From a plasmid: a DNA stretch of 64,000 nt. Positions within the stretch are counted from its first letter, which is position 1; each line of letters opens with the position of its first letter. The stretch is from the sequence record NZ_CP035507.1; one strand, 5' to 3'. This document shows, piece after piece, positions 18,909 through 28,368 of this stretch. The notes under the pieces are model-generated. The model had not been told where the DNA came from and made no database searches. It worked only from the letters and a program-made list of their open reading frames with translations. The position numbers and the translations under genes are program-made.

Positions 18909-19753
18909 CGGGGCGGCAGGGCGAACTTCCCTTCGAGGAAGGGATCGACGCGATCCTGCGCGATACGGCGGACCGGATCGACGAGCTTTACCGCGCCGCC
19001 AGCGAACCAGGCGCCCGCCCGCCGTGGGTGGACCTGTTCGACAGGATCGCGGGTCAAACCCACATGGCCCCGTTCAACCTGATGCTGGCCGACCTCCAGC
19101 GCCCGGGCGCGCGCTACATTGCGTTCCCCGACAAATGGCGGGAGATTGGACGGACGGTGAAACCGGCTTCGATCCCGATCGTCGTCCTGTGGCCGTTCTG
19201 CCCGGTGCGCTGCGCCTATGAACTGGCGGATACAACCGGGGACCCGGTCGACGACGCCCTTCTGGACAAGGTCTTCGGCGAGCCCGTCGAGGTTCGGGAT
19301 GGCCTCATCGACCGTGTAGCGCGCCGCGCCCTGAAGGAGGACCGGATCGACGTGAAATCGGTGAGCCTCGCCTCTACCCTTGCCGGTGATGCCCGCGCGG
19401 TTCCGGTGGATCCGACGGCCAAGGGTAAACCCATAGGACCGGGCTGGGTCGTCCGGGTCAACTCGAACCTCAATACGAACGCGCAATTCACAACGCTCGT
19501 CCACGAACTGGGCCATGTCTACCTCGGCCATCTGGGCGGGAACGGGAAGAAGTGGCCGGATCGGCGGCCCCCTCAATTGGATGTACGGGAGTTCGAAGCA
19601 GAGGCGGTGACATACATCGTCTGCAAGCGATTTGGCTTGCAGTCGAACTCGGCTGAATATCTGAATGGTTATTTGAAAGAGAAAACCATTGAATTTGTAA
19701 GTCATTCTGCGATCGCACGGGCTGCGGGAAGGATTGAACAACATGCCCGTTAG
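18905..19753 (+). CDS. HEXXH zinc-metallopeptidase-like protein (ImmA/IrrE / M78-like)
   Basis: 282 aa. TLVHELGHVYLGHL followed by EFEAEAVTYI (candidate third zinc ligand Glu). The start overlaps the MTase stop by 4 nt (ATGA). Confidence 0.6.
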   Translation: MTGRQGELPFEEGIDAILRDTADRIDELYRAASEPGARPPWVDLFDRIAGQTHMAPFNLMLADLQRPGARYIAFPDKWREIGRTVKPASIPIVVLWPFCPVRCAYELADTTGDPVDDALLDKVFGEPVEVRDGLIDRVARRALKEDRIDVKSVSLASTLAGDARAVPVDPTAKGKPIGPGWVVRVNSNLNTNAQFTTLVHELGHVYLGHLGGNGKKWPDRRPPQLDVREFEAEAVTYIVCKRFGLQSNSAEYLNGYLKEKTIEFVSHSAIARAAGRIEQHAR

Positions 19754-19779
19754 TGCAGGTTTGGCGGAGTGATGACAGT

Positions 19780-22700
19780 ATGAACCCGATCCTCCTCGCC
19801 CGTCATGTGCAGGACAGCCTGCGCGAACTGGTCCACACGACGCTGAACAGCACCAGCCCCGCCTTTGAGGGAATGGTGGACCGGTTCATCACCGAGCCCG
19901 CGAACTTCCTGAAGGGGCCGTGGATCTCGGTCGACATGCCGTTCCGGCAGATCGACGGGGCGAAGGAGGGGACGTGGGCGCAGCCCTTCCCGGAGGTTCC
20001 GCTGAAATTCGCGCCCTACCAGCACCAGACGGACGCCTTTGCCCGGCTGAGCGGGACGGCGATGCGCTCGACCCTGGTCGCGACCGGGACCGGGTCGGGG
20101 AAAACTGAATCCTACCTGTGGCCGATCCTGGACCACTGTCGGCGGAACAAGGGGAAGCCCGGGATCAAGGCGATCCTGATCTACCCGATGAACGCGCTGG
20201 CGACGGACCAGGCGCGCCGCATTGCGGATGCGCTGACCCGGATCCCGTCGCTGAACGGGGTGCGGGCCGGGATCTATGCGGACGCGGAGCCGCAGAACCC
20301 GGCGCATGAGGTGACCGAGGACAGCGTGATCACGCATCGCGAGACGATGCGGAAGAACCCGCCGGACATCCTGCTCACGAACTACAAGATGTTGGATTAC
20401 CTGCTTCTACGCGGCCGGGACAAGCCGCTCTGGGCGCAGAACGACCCGGAAACGCTCCGGTTTCTGGTGGTCGACGAGATGCACACCTTCGACGGGGCGC
20501 AGGGGGCGGACCTGGCCCTGCTGCTGCGCCGCCTGAAGTACCGGCTGAACACCCCGGAAGGACACCTGATCTGCGTGGGGTCGTCGGCAACGCTTGGCTC
20601 CGGGGAAGAGGCGGCGACGGACTTGCGCCAATACGCCGAGACAATCTTCGGCGAGCCGTTCGACGCGGGCGCGGTGGTCCGGGAGACCCGGAAATCCCCC
20701 AACGAGGTGTTCGGCGACGCGGAGTATCTGGACCGGCCGGATCCCGCCGATATCCACGGCGCCTTGAGAGCGGCGACGGAAATGGACCAGCCGGGTGCCG
20801 CGCGACGGCTCGCTGTCTGTCTGTTCCCGGATCGGACCGACCCCGACCTCGCCTTTCTGGACACAGGTGATCCAGCGGACCCGGCTTGGCGGATCGCACT
20901 CGGGGACCGGCTTGTCCAGCATCACCTGTGTCAGCGGACCCTGAAGATCATCGCCGAGCACAAGGGACCCGCTTCGCTTGAGGCGATTGCGGCTGGGCTG
21001 GGACAAGTCCGGGTCCTTCGTGACTGGCCCGAGGCAGACCTGACTGCGCTCGCCGAGCTGGTCGTAGGGCTGGTCGCCTGGGCCCGGTCCGGGTCGGCTG
21101 AGAGCCCGCGCCCTCTATTCAACGTCAGGCTCCAGCTCTGGATCCGGGAGATGGCCCGGATGGTGACAACCCTGCCGCGACTCGAGGCGGGCGGGGTCCG
21201 TTCACAGATCGACCTTTTCCATGAAATGGACCTGGAAAGGGACCAGCTTTGCCGGGCCCTTCCGGTCGTGAACTGCAACCGGTGCGGGGCGACCGCGCAT
21301 CTCGGACGGCAGGACGCCCGGTCGAAGTCGCTACATGCGGACCTGGAGCAGCTCTACCAGGAGTTCTTCGACGAGAACGGGGCGGACCGGATCCGGCTCA
21401 TCTATCACGAGTCGATCGACCGGATGGTCCCGGCCAGCGGCGCCGGTGGTCAGATCGTGAAGGGGGTCCTGAACGCGGAAACGGTCGAGTTCACCCCGGC
21501 CGATCACAAGGATCTCGGCCCGGGACCGGCCTCACAGGTCTGGTTGTACAACCCGACCGACGCGAACGGACGGATCGACCGGACCTGCCCTGCCTGCGGG
21601 CAGGCGCGCGGGCTTCTCCTCTTCGGGATGCGGGCGGCGCGTTTGACGACCGGCATCACCGGTACCCTTTACACCTCCGAACAGAACGAAGAGAGCCCCG
21701 AGGCAAAACCGCGCTTCCTGATGTTCTCGGATTCGGTTCAGGACGCGGCGCACCGGGCGGCGGTGGCCGAAACCCGGAACGCACTGTCGGTCTACCAGAA
21801 GGCACTCTACGGGGCGCTTCGGTCCGCGGAAACGGGCGCGATGAGCCTGAAAGAGGTGATCGAGGACGTCCCGCGCGCCCAGTTGAACGACCTCGGCCCG
21901 GACGGGTTCACAGCGCTGTTCATCCCGAAGGAGTTGACCTGGCGGCGGCGCTACCGGGAGCTGGTCGAAAGCGGGGCCACCATCACCGACCCGGTGTTTC
22001 TCGACCATATCCGGATCCGGCTCGGCTGGGAGTATTTCGTCGACCTGAGCTACAGGGCGCATTTCAACCACACGCTTGAATTGAACGGCATGGCGGCGGC
22101 GGATGTGCCCACGGATCTGCTGCGCCTGTCCGCGGAGCGGCTGGCACGGGAGCTGCGAAACGATCTGCCGGGCGCGCCGGAGTTCGACCCGGCCCTTCTG
22201 ACCCGGCTCCTCGCCGGGGTGACGCAGCGGATGCGGCGGCAGGGGTCCGTGGCGCACCCCTATCTCGAGAGCGCGATCGCGAACGGGAAAGGGAACTACG
22301 GGCTGAACTGGTACGCGGCCGCCATCCAGGTGGGCGTGGGGAAGACCGGTTCCCTGCCAAGCCCGGACAGCCGGCGGGGCCTCGCGCCGATCCCGGTGAC
22401 CCTCGGCGCCGCCCCGACCGGGTTTGAGAAGATCACCCGGACCGGCCCCGCGAGCTGGTACCGGGACTGGCTGTTCCGGCTGATCGGACCGTCCGACCTG
22501 CGCTACGGCGCGGACCCTGACGCGATCTATCCGCTCCTCCTGCGCCGACTTGAGGCCGACGACATCGTCCGACGCGTGAACGGGCCCGAGGGGCAGAACC
22601 GGCATGCCTGGCTTCTCGTGCCGGAACGGGTCACCGTCTCCACCGCGACGATCGGGCTGTGCTGCGACTTGTGCGGTCGGCGCGAGACCGGGCTTTCGGA

Positions 22701-25700
22701 AAACGCAGGTGTCCTGATCGGCTCCCCCTGTACGCGGATCGGTTGTGACGGGCACCTAGCAGCGGTTGAGCAGGCTGACCGGCCCGCCCTGCGCCGCGCC
22801 CTTCGCTCGGACCGAAACCACCGGGTGGTGGCGCGAGAACATACCGGCATCCTCGAAACGGATGAGCGGCTGCGGATCGAGACCGGGTTCATCAAGAGCG
22901 AAACCCGCTGGGCCCCGAACCTGATCTCGGCCACTCCGACCCTGGAGATGGGGATCGATATCGGGGACCTGTCCACCCTGCTTCTGAGCTCGGTCCCCCC
23001 GGAGGAGGCGAATTACGTCCAGCGGATGGGGCGGAGCGGGCGGCGCGACGGGAACGCGCTGAACATTGTGCTGGCGAATGCGCGTGCCCATGACCTCCAG
23101 TTCTGGGAAGACCCAACCCCGATGCTGGCAGGCCAGGTCCGGCCGCCGGGCGTGTTCCTCGCGGCCGAAGAGGTGCTGCTTCGTCAGGTGACCGCCTATA
23201 CCCTCGACGCCTATGTCGCGGCCACGAAGGAGAGCGGGGATTACGGGAAGGTCCGGGACGTGCTGAAACGCCGGGCCTCCGGCGCGACCGAAGGGTTCCC
23301 GGTTGAGTGGCTTGAACTGGTTCGCGAAACCGGGCCGGAACTGGCAGACCGGTTCCTGTCTGGCCTGCCGCAAGAGGTGCAGGACCGGACGGATCTGGCC
23401 GACCGGATCCGATCTTACCTGACCGGAACGGACCCGAAATCGATCGGCTGGCGCGTCGGGGAGGCCTTCGACGGAGCTGCCACCGAACGGGCCCGGCTGG
23501 TGGAAAAGCGCGAGGAAGCGACCAAGGAACTTGGTCGGCTCAAGAAGCGCCGGGCCGAGCTGACCGATGAAGAATATGAGCGTCGTGAACAGGACCTGAC
23601 CCGGGACCGGACCGAGATCAACCGTCTGATCCGAAGCGGGATCGACGATGTGCCGGTGATCAAGTTTCTGACCGACAAGGGAATCTTGCCGAACTACGCC
23701 TTCCCCGAAGAAGGGGTGAAGCTGACGTCGATCCTGTCGCGGCGCAACGATGGCGCGACAGCACGGGACGAGGACGGGCTTCTGCACGTCGAATACTCCC
23801 GGCCCGCCAGCTCCGCCCTGTCGGAATTCGCGCCGGGCCAGTTCTTCTACGCCAACGGGCGCCAGGTGCAGATCGACCGGATCGAGATCGGCAAGGAAGA
23901 TTTGGCCCGCTGGACCTTTTGCCCAGCCTGTTCGCATGTCGCGCACCGGATTGAGGGCGCCGAGACCCGCACCTGCCCGCAATGCGGGGACGAGATGTGG
24001 TCGGATAGCGGCTCCGCGCATGACGTGGTCCAGCTCAAGTCTGTCATCGCGATCGACAGCGAGGAAAAGGCGGCGATCCGGGACGGGGATCAGCGGGACC
24101 AGCGTCAGTTCGACCGGGTTCTCATGCCCTTCCATGGACCGGAAGACATCGCCGCCTCCTGGTTCACCAGCCGGGAGAACGGTGCCCCGTTCGGGTTTGA
24201 ATTCCTGCCCAGTTGCACGTTCCGCGACTTCAACTTCGGGACGAAGTCCACCCTCCCCGGGCCGCGGATCGCGGGCGAGCGTCGGCCCGCACAGCCGTTC
24301 CGGATCTGTCGCCACTGCGGGTCCCTTCAGGGTCCCCCACGCGGCGAGGACGATCGCGGAACGCACCCGCCGAACTGTCTTGTCATGCGGGATGAGGACC
24401 TGCTTCGCGAGCAGTGGGAAACCGGCGTGTTCCTGATGCGAAAGTTCGACACGGAGGCGATCCGGATCGTGATCCCGGTGGTCGGGGACGCGGATGATGA
24501 TGACCTGAAAAGCTTCGTCGCGGCGATCAACCTCGGGATGCGGCGTCACTTCGCGGGGAAGGTCGACCATATCCGGTCCACCATCTTCCAGGCGCAGCTG
24601 AACGGAATGACCACGGTTCGCAGCCTTTACCTCTACGATTCCGTGCCGGGCGGATCAGGCTATCTGCGTCAGATCGCGGAACATCCGAACACGATGCGCG
24701 AGGTTGTCAGCCGCGCGGCGGAGGCGCTCCGGGACTGCCCCTGCAACCAGGAGCCGGACCGGAACGGGTGCTTCCGCTGTGTGAAGCCCTACCGGTCACA
24801 GTTCGGGCCCGGCGAGCCAGATCGGGACCGGGCGCGGCAGATGATGGAGGCGATCCTCGAGAAATGGGACAGCCTGACCCAGACCGAGACCGGGATCGAC
24901 GCGTCAATTCGGGGCGCGCTGGTCGAGAGCGTGCTGGAGAAGCGGTTGCTGCGCGCCCTTTCCGGCTTCTATGGAGACGGGGCGCTGACGCCGCAGGTGC
25001 TGCCGGGTGGACGGCGTGGGTTCGTCCTGCGCGCGGGTCGGCCGGACGCGCCGCGCCTCTGGACGATCGAGCCGCAGGTGCAGATTGACGCGCGGTTCCG
25101 GGGCCTGCCCCGCAAGCGTGTCGACTTCCTGCTCACCCCGGTTGGCCGCAGCAGCGGCCTGCCGATCGTCATCGAAATGGACGGGATCGAGTATCACGCG
25201 GGTACGGTCGCCCAGGACCTGTTGGACCGGATGTTGATGATCAGGTCCGGGCAGGTGCGGGTCTGGACCCTGTCCTGGCGCGATCTTGACCCGGAGGACA
25301 AGGGCTACCTGAACCCGCTCTCTGAAACCGCCCTCGGGGCGCAGATGACCGGGCCCCTTGGGCGTGCGCTGGCGCATCCGCTGCTCGCCCCACATGCAGA
25401 GGCGGTCCGGACGCTTCAGACAATCAGCACGCTCGATGCACTGAGGCGCCTTCTGGACGGGGATGCGGACGGGGATGCGGTGATCCGGTCCGTCCTGATC
25501 CGGGGCCTCGTGAAGGGCGGTCGCCCCATCGACCAGCTTCCCCGGCAGGCGGCCCTTTCAGAGGCGGGGCGCCTGTTTCTCTCCGGTACACAGGCGGTGG
25601 AACAGGTCGGGGTCGGGGCGCTCGATCTCTATCTGGCCTGTGAGAAGATCTCGCCCACCGAATGGGCCCAATCGGTTCGCGACCTTCGTCTTCTCCTGCG

Positions 25701-26181
25701 TTCGGTCCTGCCCGATCCGGGCGAGGTTCCGGCCGCGAAAACCCTCTACACGGAGGCCTGGCGCGGGCTCTGGCGGATCGTGAACCTGTTCCAGGGCGTG
25801 CGTGGTCTTCATGTCGAGTTCGACGGGCTGGACACGTTGGCCCCACCCGATATGGTGGAACCCGTCGACCAGGGGGACCAGGGCCCCGGCTTGGCCGCTT
25901 GGGAAGAGGTGCGGGCGCTGTGCGACGACGCGTTCCACCCGTTGATTGACGCGTTGATCGCGGCCGAGGCGCCCGGGCCGGACCACTTCGGGGACGATCT
26001 GGTTGCGGGCGGACGCGTGGTGGGCGCTATGGAATTCGGATGGTCGGATACCCGCGTCGCGGTTGCCGAAACATCCCTTGAGGGGGTCGGCTGGGCGCTG
26101 ATCCCGTTTGATCCGGAAACCGATCAGATGGGGGAGACGGTCTCGCGAATTATCACGGCCCTTCAGGAGGCACGGACATGA
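19780..26181 (+). CDS. Giant DExH-box helicase with multiple CxxC zinc ribbons (DUF1998-like; DrmA/DrmB-like fusion or DruE/MrfA-like)
   Basis: About 2133 aa. Motif I VATGTGSGKTESY. Motif II FLVVDEMHTFDG. Motif VI QRMGRSGRR. CxxC pairs: CNRCG...CPACG, CPACSHV...CPQCG, CRHCG...NCLVM, CPCNQE...GCFRCV. ATG at 19780. The listed 19753 start overlaps the upstream stop. Confidence 0.8.
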   Translation: MNPILLARHVQDSLRELVHTTLNSTSPAFEGMVDRFITEPANFLKGPWISVDMPFRQIDGAKEGTWAQPFPEVPLKFAPYQHQTDAFARLSGTAMRSTLVATGTGSGKTESYLWPILDHCRRNKGKPGIKAILIYPMNALATDQARRIADALTRIPSLNGVRAGIYADAEPQNPAHEVTEDSVITHRETMRKNPPDILLTNYKMLDYLLLRGRDKPLWAQNDPETLRFLVVDEMHTFDGAQGADLALLLRRLKYRLNTPEGHLICVGSSATLGSGEEAATDLRQYAETIFGEPFDAGAVVRETRKSPNEVFGDAEYLDRPDPADIHGALRAATEMDQPGAARRLAVCLFPDRTDPDLAFLDTGDPADPAWRIALGDRLVQHHLCQRTLKIIAEHKGPASLEAIAAGLGQVRVLRDWPEADLTALAELVVGLVAWARSGSAESPRPLFNVRLQLWIREMARMVTTLPRLEAGGVRSQIDLFHEMDLERDQLCRALPVVNCNRCGATAHLGRQDARSKSLHADLEQLYQEFFDENGADRIRLIYHESIDRMVPASGAGGQIVKGVLNAETVEFTPADHKDLGPGPASQVWLYNPTDANGRIDRTCPACGQARGLLLFGMRAARLTTGITGTLYTSEQNEESPEAKPRFLMFSDSVQDAAHRAAVAETRNALSVYQKALYGALRSAETGAMSLKEVIEDVPRAQLNDLGPDGFTALFIPKELTWRRRYRELVESGATITDPVFLDHIRIRLGWEYFVDLSYRAHFNHTLELNGMAAADVPTDLLRLSAERLARELRNDLPGAPEFDPALLTRLLAGVTQRMRRQGSVAHPYLESAIANGKGNYGLNWYAAAIQVGVGKTGSLPSPDSRRGLAPIPVTLGAAPTGFEKITRTGPASWYRDWLFRLIGPSDLRYGADPDAIYPLLLRRLEADDIVRRVNGPEGQNRHAWLLVPERVTVSTATIGLCCDLCGRRETGLSENAGVLIGSPCTRIGCDGHLAAVEQADRPALRRALRSDRNHRVVAREHTGILETDERLRIETGFIKSETRWAPNLISATPTLEMGIDIGDLSTLLLSSVPPEEANYVQRMGRSGRRDGNALNIVLANARAHDLQFWEDPTPMLAGQVRPPGVFLAAEEVLLRQVTAYTLDAYVAATKESGDYGKVRDVLKRRASGATEGFPVEWLELVRETGPELADRFLSGLPQEVQDRTDLADRIRSYLTGTDPKSIGWRVGEAFDGAATERARLVEKREEATKELGRLKKRRAELTDEEYERREQDLTRDRTEINRLIRSGIDDVPVIKFLTDKGILPNYAFPEEGVKLTSILSRRNDGATARDEDGLLHVEYSRPASSALSEFAPGQFFYANGRQVQIDRIEIGKEDLARWTFCPACSHVAHRIEGAETRTCPQCGDEMWSDSGSAHDVVQLKSVIAIDSEEKAAIRDGDQRDQRQFDRVLMPFHGPEDIAASWFTSRENGAPFGFEFLPSCTFRDFNFGTKSTLPGPRIAGERRPAQPFRICRHCGSLQGPPRGEDDRGTHPPNCLVMRDEDLLREQWETGVFLMRKFDTEAIRIVIPVVGDADDDDLKSFVAAINLGMRRHFAGKVDHIRSTIFQAQLNGMTTVRSLYLYDSVPGGSGYLRQIAEHPNTMREVVSRAAEALRDCPCNQEPDRNGCFRCVKPYRSQFGPGEPDRDRARQMMEAILEKWDSLTQTETGIDASIRGALVESVLEKRLLRALSGFYGDGALTPQVLPGGRRGFVLRAGRPDAPRLWTIEPQVQIDARFRGLPRKRVDFLLTPVGRSSGLPIVIEMDGIEYHAGTVAQDLLDRMLMIRSGQVRVWTLSWRDLDPEDKGYLNPLSETALGAQMTGPLGRALAHPLLAPHAEAVRTLQTISTLDALRRLLDGDADGDAVIRSVLIRGLVKGGRPIDQLPRQAALSEAGRLFLSGTQAVEQVGVGALDLYLACEKISPTEWAQSVRDLRLLLRSVLPDPGEVPAAKTLYTEAWRGLWRIVNLFQGVRGLHVEFDGLDTLAPPDMVEPVDQGDQGPGLAAWEEVRALCDDAFHPLIDALIAAEAPGPDHFGDDLVAGGRVVGAMEFGWSDTRVAVAETSLEGVGWALIPFDPETDQMGETVSRIITALQEART

Positions 26182-28349
26182 CAGACACAATGACCAAGCG
26201 GGTCTCCTACGACATCGGCTGCATGAAGAGCCTGCGGAAACTGCCGGACCGGGTTGCGCTCCGGTTCATGGACCTGATGACCAAGTATATGTCGGACCCG
26301 TCCGCGAATGGGCTGAACCTGGAAACGGTGGAAGGATCGAGGGACAGCTCGATCAAGTCCATGCGGGTCGACCAGGGGTATCGGGCCATCGCCTTCGAGG
26401 TCGGCCGCGACATCATGTTCGTGCATGTCAACGAGCACGACAAGGCCTACCGCTGGGCGGCAGGGCGCCGGGTCAAGCTCGACCCGGAAACGAACCGGAT
26501 CCGGGTGATTGAGGAGGTGGACGCGGTTGTCGAACCGGTGGCGACGCCGGATACCTACGCTCCTCGCCTCTTCGACGAGGTGACGGATGCAAGGCTGCGC
26601 GCCCTCGGCGTGCCGGAGGAGGAGCTGACGGCCGTTCGTCAGATCCCCACGATCGAGGCGCTGGAAGGCGCGGAGGACCGGTTCGATCCGCTCACCTATC
26701 AGATCCTTTACGCGGTCGCGGCCGGTTATGCGGATGAGGAAATCCAGTCCCTGACCGGGGTCGGCGCGGAACCGGACGCGGAACCGCAGCAGCCCGCCGC
26801 GGAGCTGACCTTCGGAAAGCTGATCGAGACCGAGCAGAGCCGCCAGACCATCTTCATTCCCGAAAGCGAGGAGGAGCTGCGCCGCGTTTTCGAGGAGGGG
26901 CTTGAGGGCTGGCGCGTGTTCCTGCACCCCGAACAGCGCAAGATCGCCTACCGGGACTACAACGGGCCGGTTCTGGTCCGGGGCGGGGCTGGTACCGGCA
27001 AGACTGTCGTCGCGATGCACCGGGCCAAGCACCTTGCAGACCAGATCAAAAACGATCCGACCCGATCCGGCCAGCGGGTCCTTCTGACCACCTTCACGAC
27101 CAGCCTCGCGCATGACATCGAGGCGAACCTCCGGACCCTGTGCCCTGACCATCTGGACGCCCGCCCGCCCCGGATCGAGGTGATCAACCTCGACCGCTGG
27201 GTCTCTCAGTTCCTCAAGCGCAAGAGCTTCGCCCGCGAGGTCGCCTTCTTCGGCGAGGCGCGGGACCGGCTGGACCAGGTGTGGAAGGAGGTCTTCGATG
27301 ATCACGAGCTGCCCGAGGGGCTGTCTGAGCCGTTCGTTCGCGCGGAATGGGCGCAGATCGTCCAGGCGAAGGGGCTGACCGATCAGAAGGGATACCTGAA
27401 GGCGTCCCGGGCCGGCCGGGGCACCCCTCTCGACCGCAAGAAGCGGGCGGTGCTGTGGGACATCTTCGCCGATTACCGGGCCCGGCTGATCAGCGAAGGG
27501 CTCGCGGAGCCTGACGACGCTTACCGCGAGGCGACCGAGATCCTGACCTCCGAAGCGCCGAACCTGCCCTACAGCGCGGTCATCGTCGATGAGGCGCAGG
27601 ACATGGGCGAACAGGCGTTCCGGCTGATCCGCGCGATCATGCCCGAGACCCCGGCGGGGGACCGGAACTCCCTCTTCATCGTGGGCGACGCGCATCAGCG
27701 GATCTATGGGCGGCGGGCCGCCATGTCCGCCTGCGGGATCAACGTGCGCGGCCGCTCGAAGCGCCTCCGCCTGAACTACCGGACCACGCAGGAGATCCGG
27801 GCCTGGGCGGTCTCGGTTCTCGAGGGGGTCAGCGTTGACGATCTTGATGAAGGGACGGATACCCTACGCGGTTATGTCAGCCTCATGCGCGGGGCCGCCC
27901 CCGAGCTGGTCGGGTGCCGGACAGAGGCGGAGGAGCTGGACGGGCTGGTGGCCTGGGTCCGGGCCCTGCCGCCCGACCAGATCCGCCTCTCCGACATCGG
28001 GGTCCTGTGCGCGCGTCGCGCCGACGCGGACCGGGTTCAGGCGGCGCTCCGCGCGGCCGGTATCGAGACGGTGATGCTCCAGTCCGGTGCGGACGACCGG
28101 TCCGTTCCGGGGATTCGGATCACCACGATGCACCGGGCGAAGGGGCTCGAGTTCTTCGCCGTGGCGATCCCCTTCCTGTCCGAGGCGGCCTTCCCGCCAC
28201 CGGGTGCGCTCCGGGCCGCCGTGGATCCGGCAGATAAGGAGGACATTATCATGCAGTACCGGTCCCTCCTGCATGTCGCTGCGACCCGGGCGAAAAAAGC
28301 TCTCCGCATTTCATGGTCGGGGACGCCAACTGGCATTTTCACGGTCTGA
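26178..28349 (+). CDS. UvrD/PcrA-like superfamily-1 helicase with an N-terminal RelE/ParE-fold domain
   Basis: 723 aa. Residues 1-100 end in YRAIAFEVGRDIMFVHVNEHDKAY, the RelE/ParE C-terminal beta-strand signature. Helicase Walker A VRGGAGTGKTVVAMHRA. Motif II AVIVDEAQDMG. C-terminal TMHRAKGLEF. The start overlaps the upstream stop (ATGA). Confidence 0.75.
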   Translation: MTDTMTKRVSYDIGCMKSLRKLPDRVALRFMDLMTKYMSDPSANGLNLETVEGSRDSSIKSMRVDQGYRAIAFEVGRDIMFVHVNEHDKAYRWAAGRRVKLDPETNRIRVIEEVDAVVEPVATPDTYAPRLFDEVTDARLRALGVPEEELTAVRQIPTIEALEGAEDRFDPLTYQILYAVAAGYADEEIQSLTGVGAEPDAEPQQPAAELTFGKLIETEQSRQTIFIPESEEELRRVFEEGLEGWRVFLHPEQRKIAYRDYNGPVLVRGGAGTGKTVVAMHRAKHLADQIKNDPTRSGQRVLLTTFTTSLAHDIEANLRTLCPDHLDARPPRIEVINLDRWVSQFLKRKSFAREVAFFGEARDRLDQVWKEVFDDHELPEGLSEPFVRAEWAQIVQAKGLTDQKGYLKASRAGRGTPLDRKKRAVLWDIFADYRARLISEGLAEPDDAYREATEILTSEAPNLPYSAVIVDEAQDMGEQAFRLIRAIMPETPAGDRNSLFIVGDAHQRIYGRRAAMSACGINVRGRSKRLRLNYRTTQEIRAWAVSVLEGVSVDDLDEGTDTLRGYVSLMRGAAPELVGCRTEAEELDGLVAWVRALPPDQIRLSDIGVLCARRADADRVQAALRAAGIETVMLQSGADDRSVPGIRITTMHRAKGLEFFAVAIPFLSEAAFPPPGALRAAVDPADKEDIIMQYRSLLHVAATRAKKALRISWSGTPTGIFTV

Positions 28350-28368
28350 TGATTGTAGCGGTTTTATC

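Noticed and set aside
18905-19753. HEXXH protein as an ArdC-type antirestriction protein
   Set aside because: The N-terminus lacks the DUF1738 ssDNA-binding signature of ArdC. The HELGHxxLGH motif fits ImmA/IrrE-like peptidases better.
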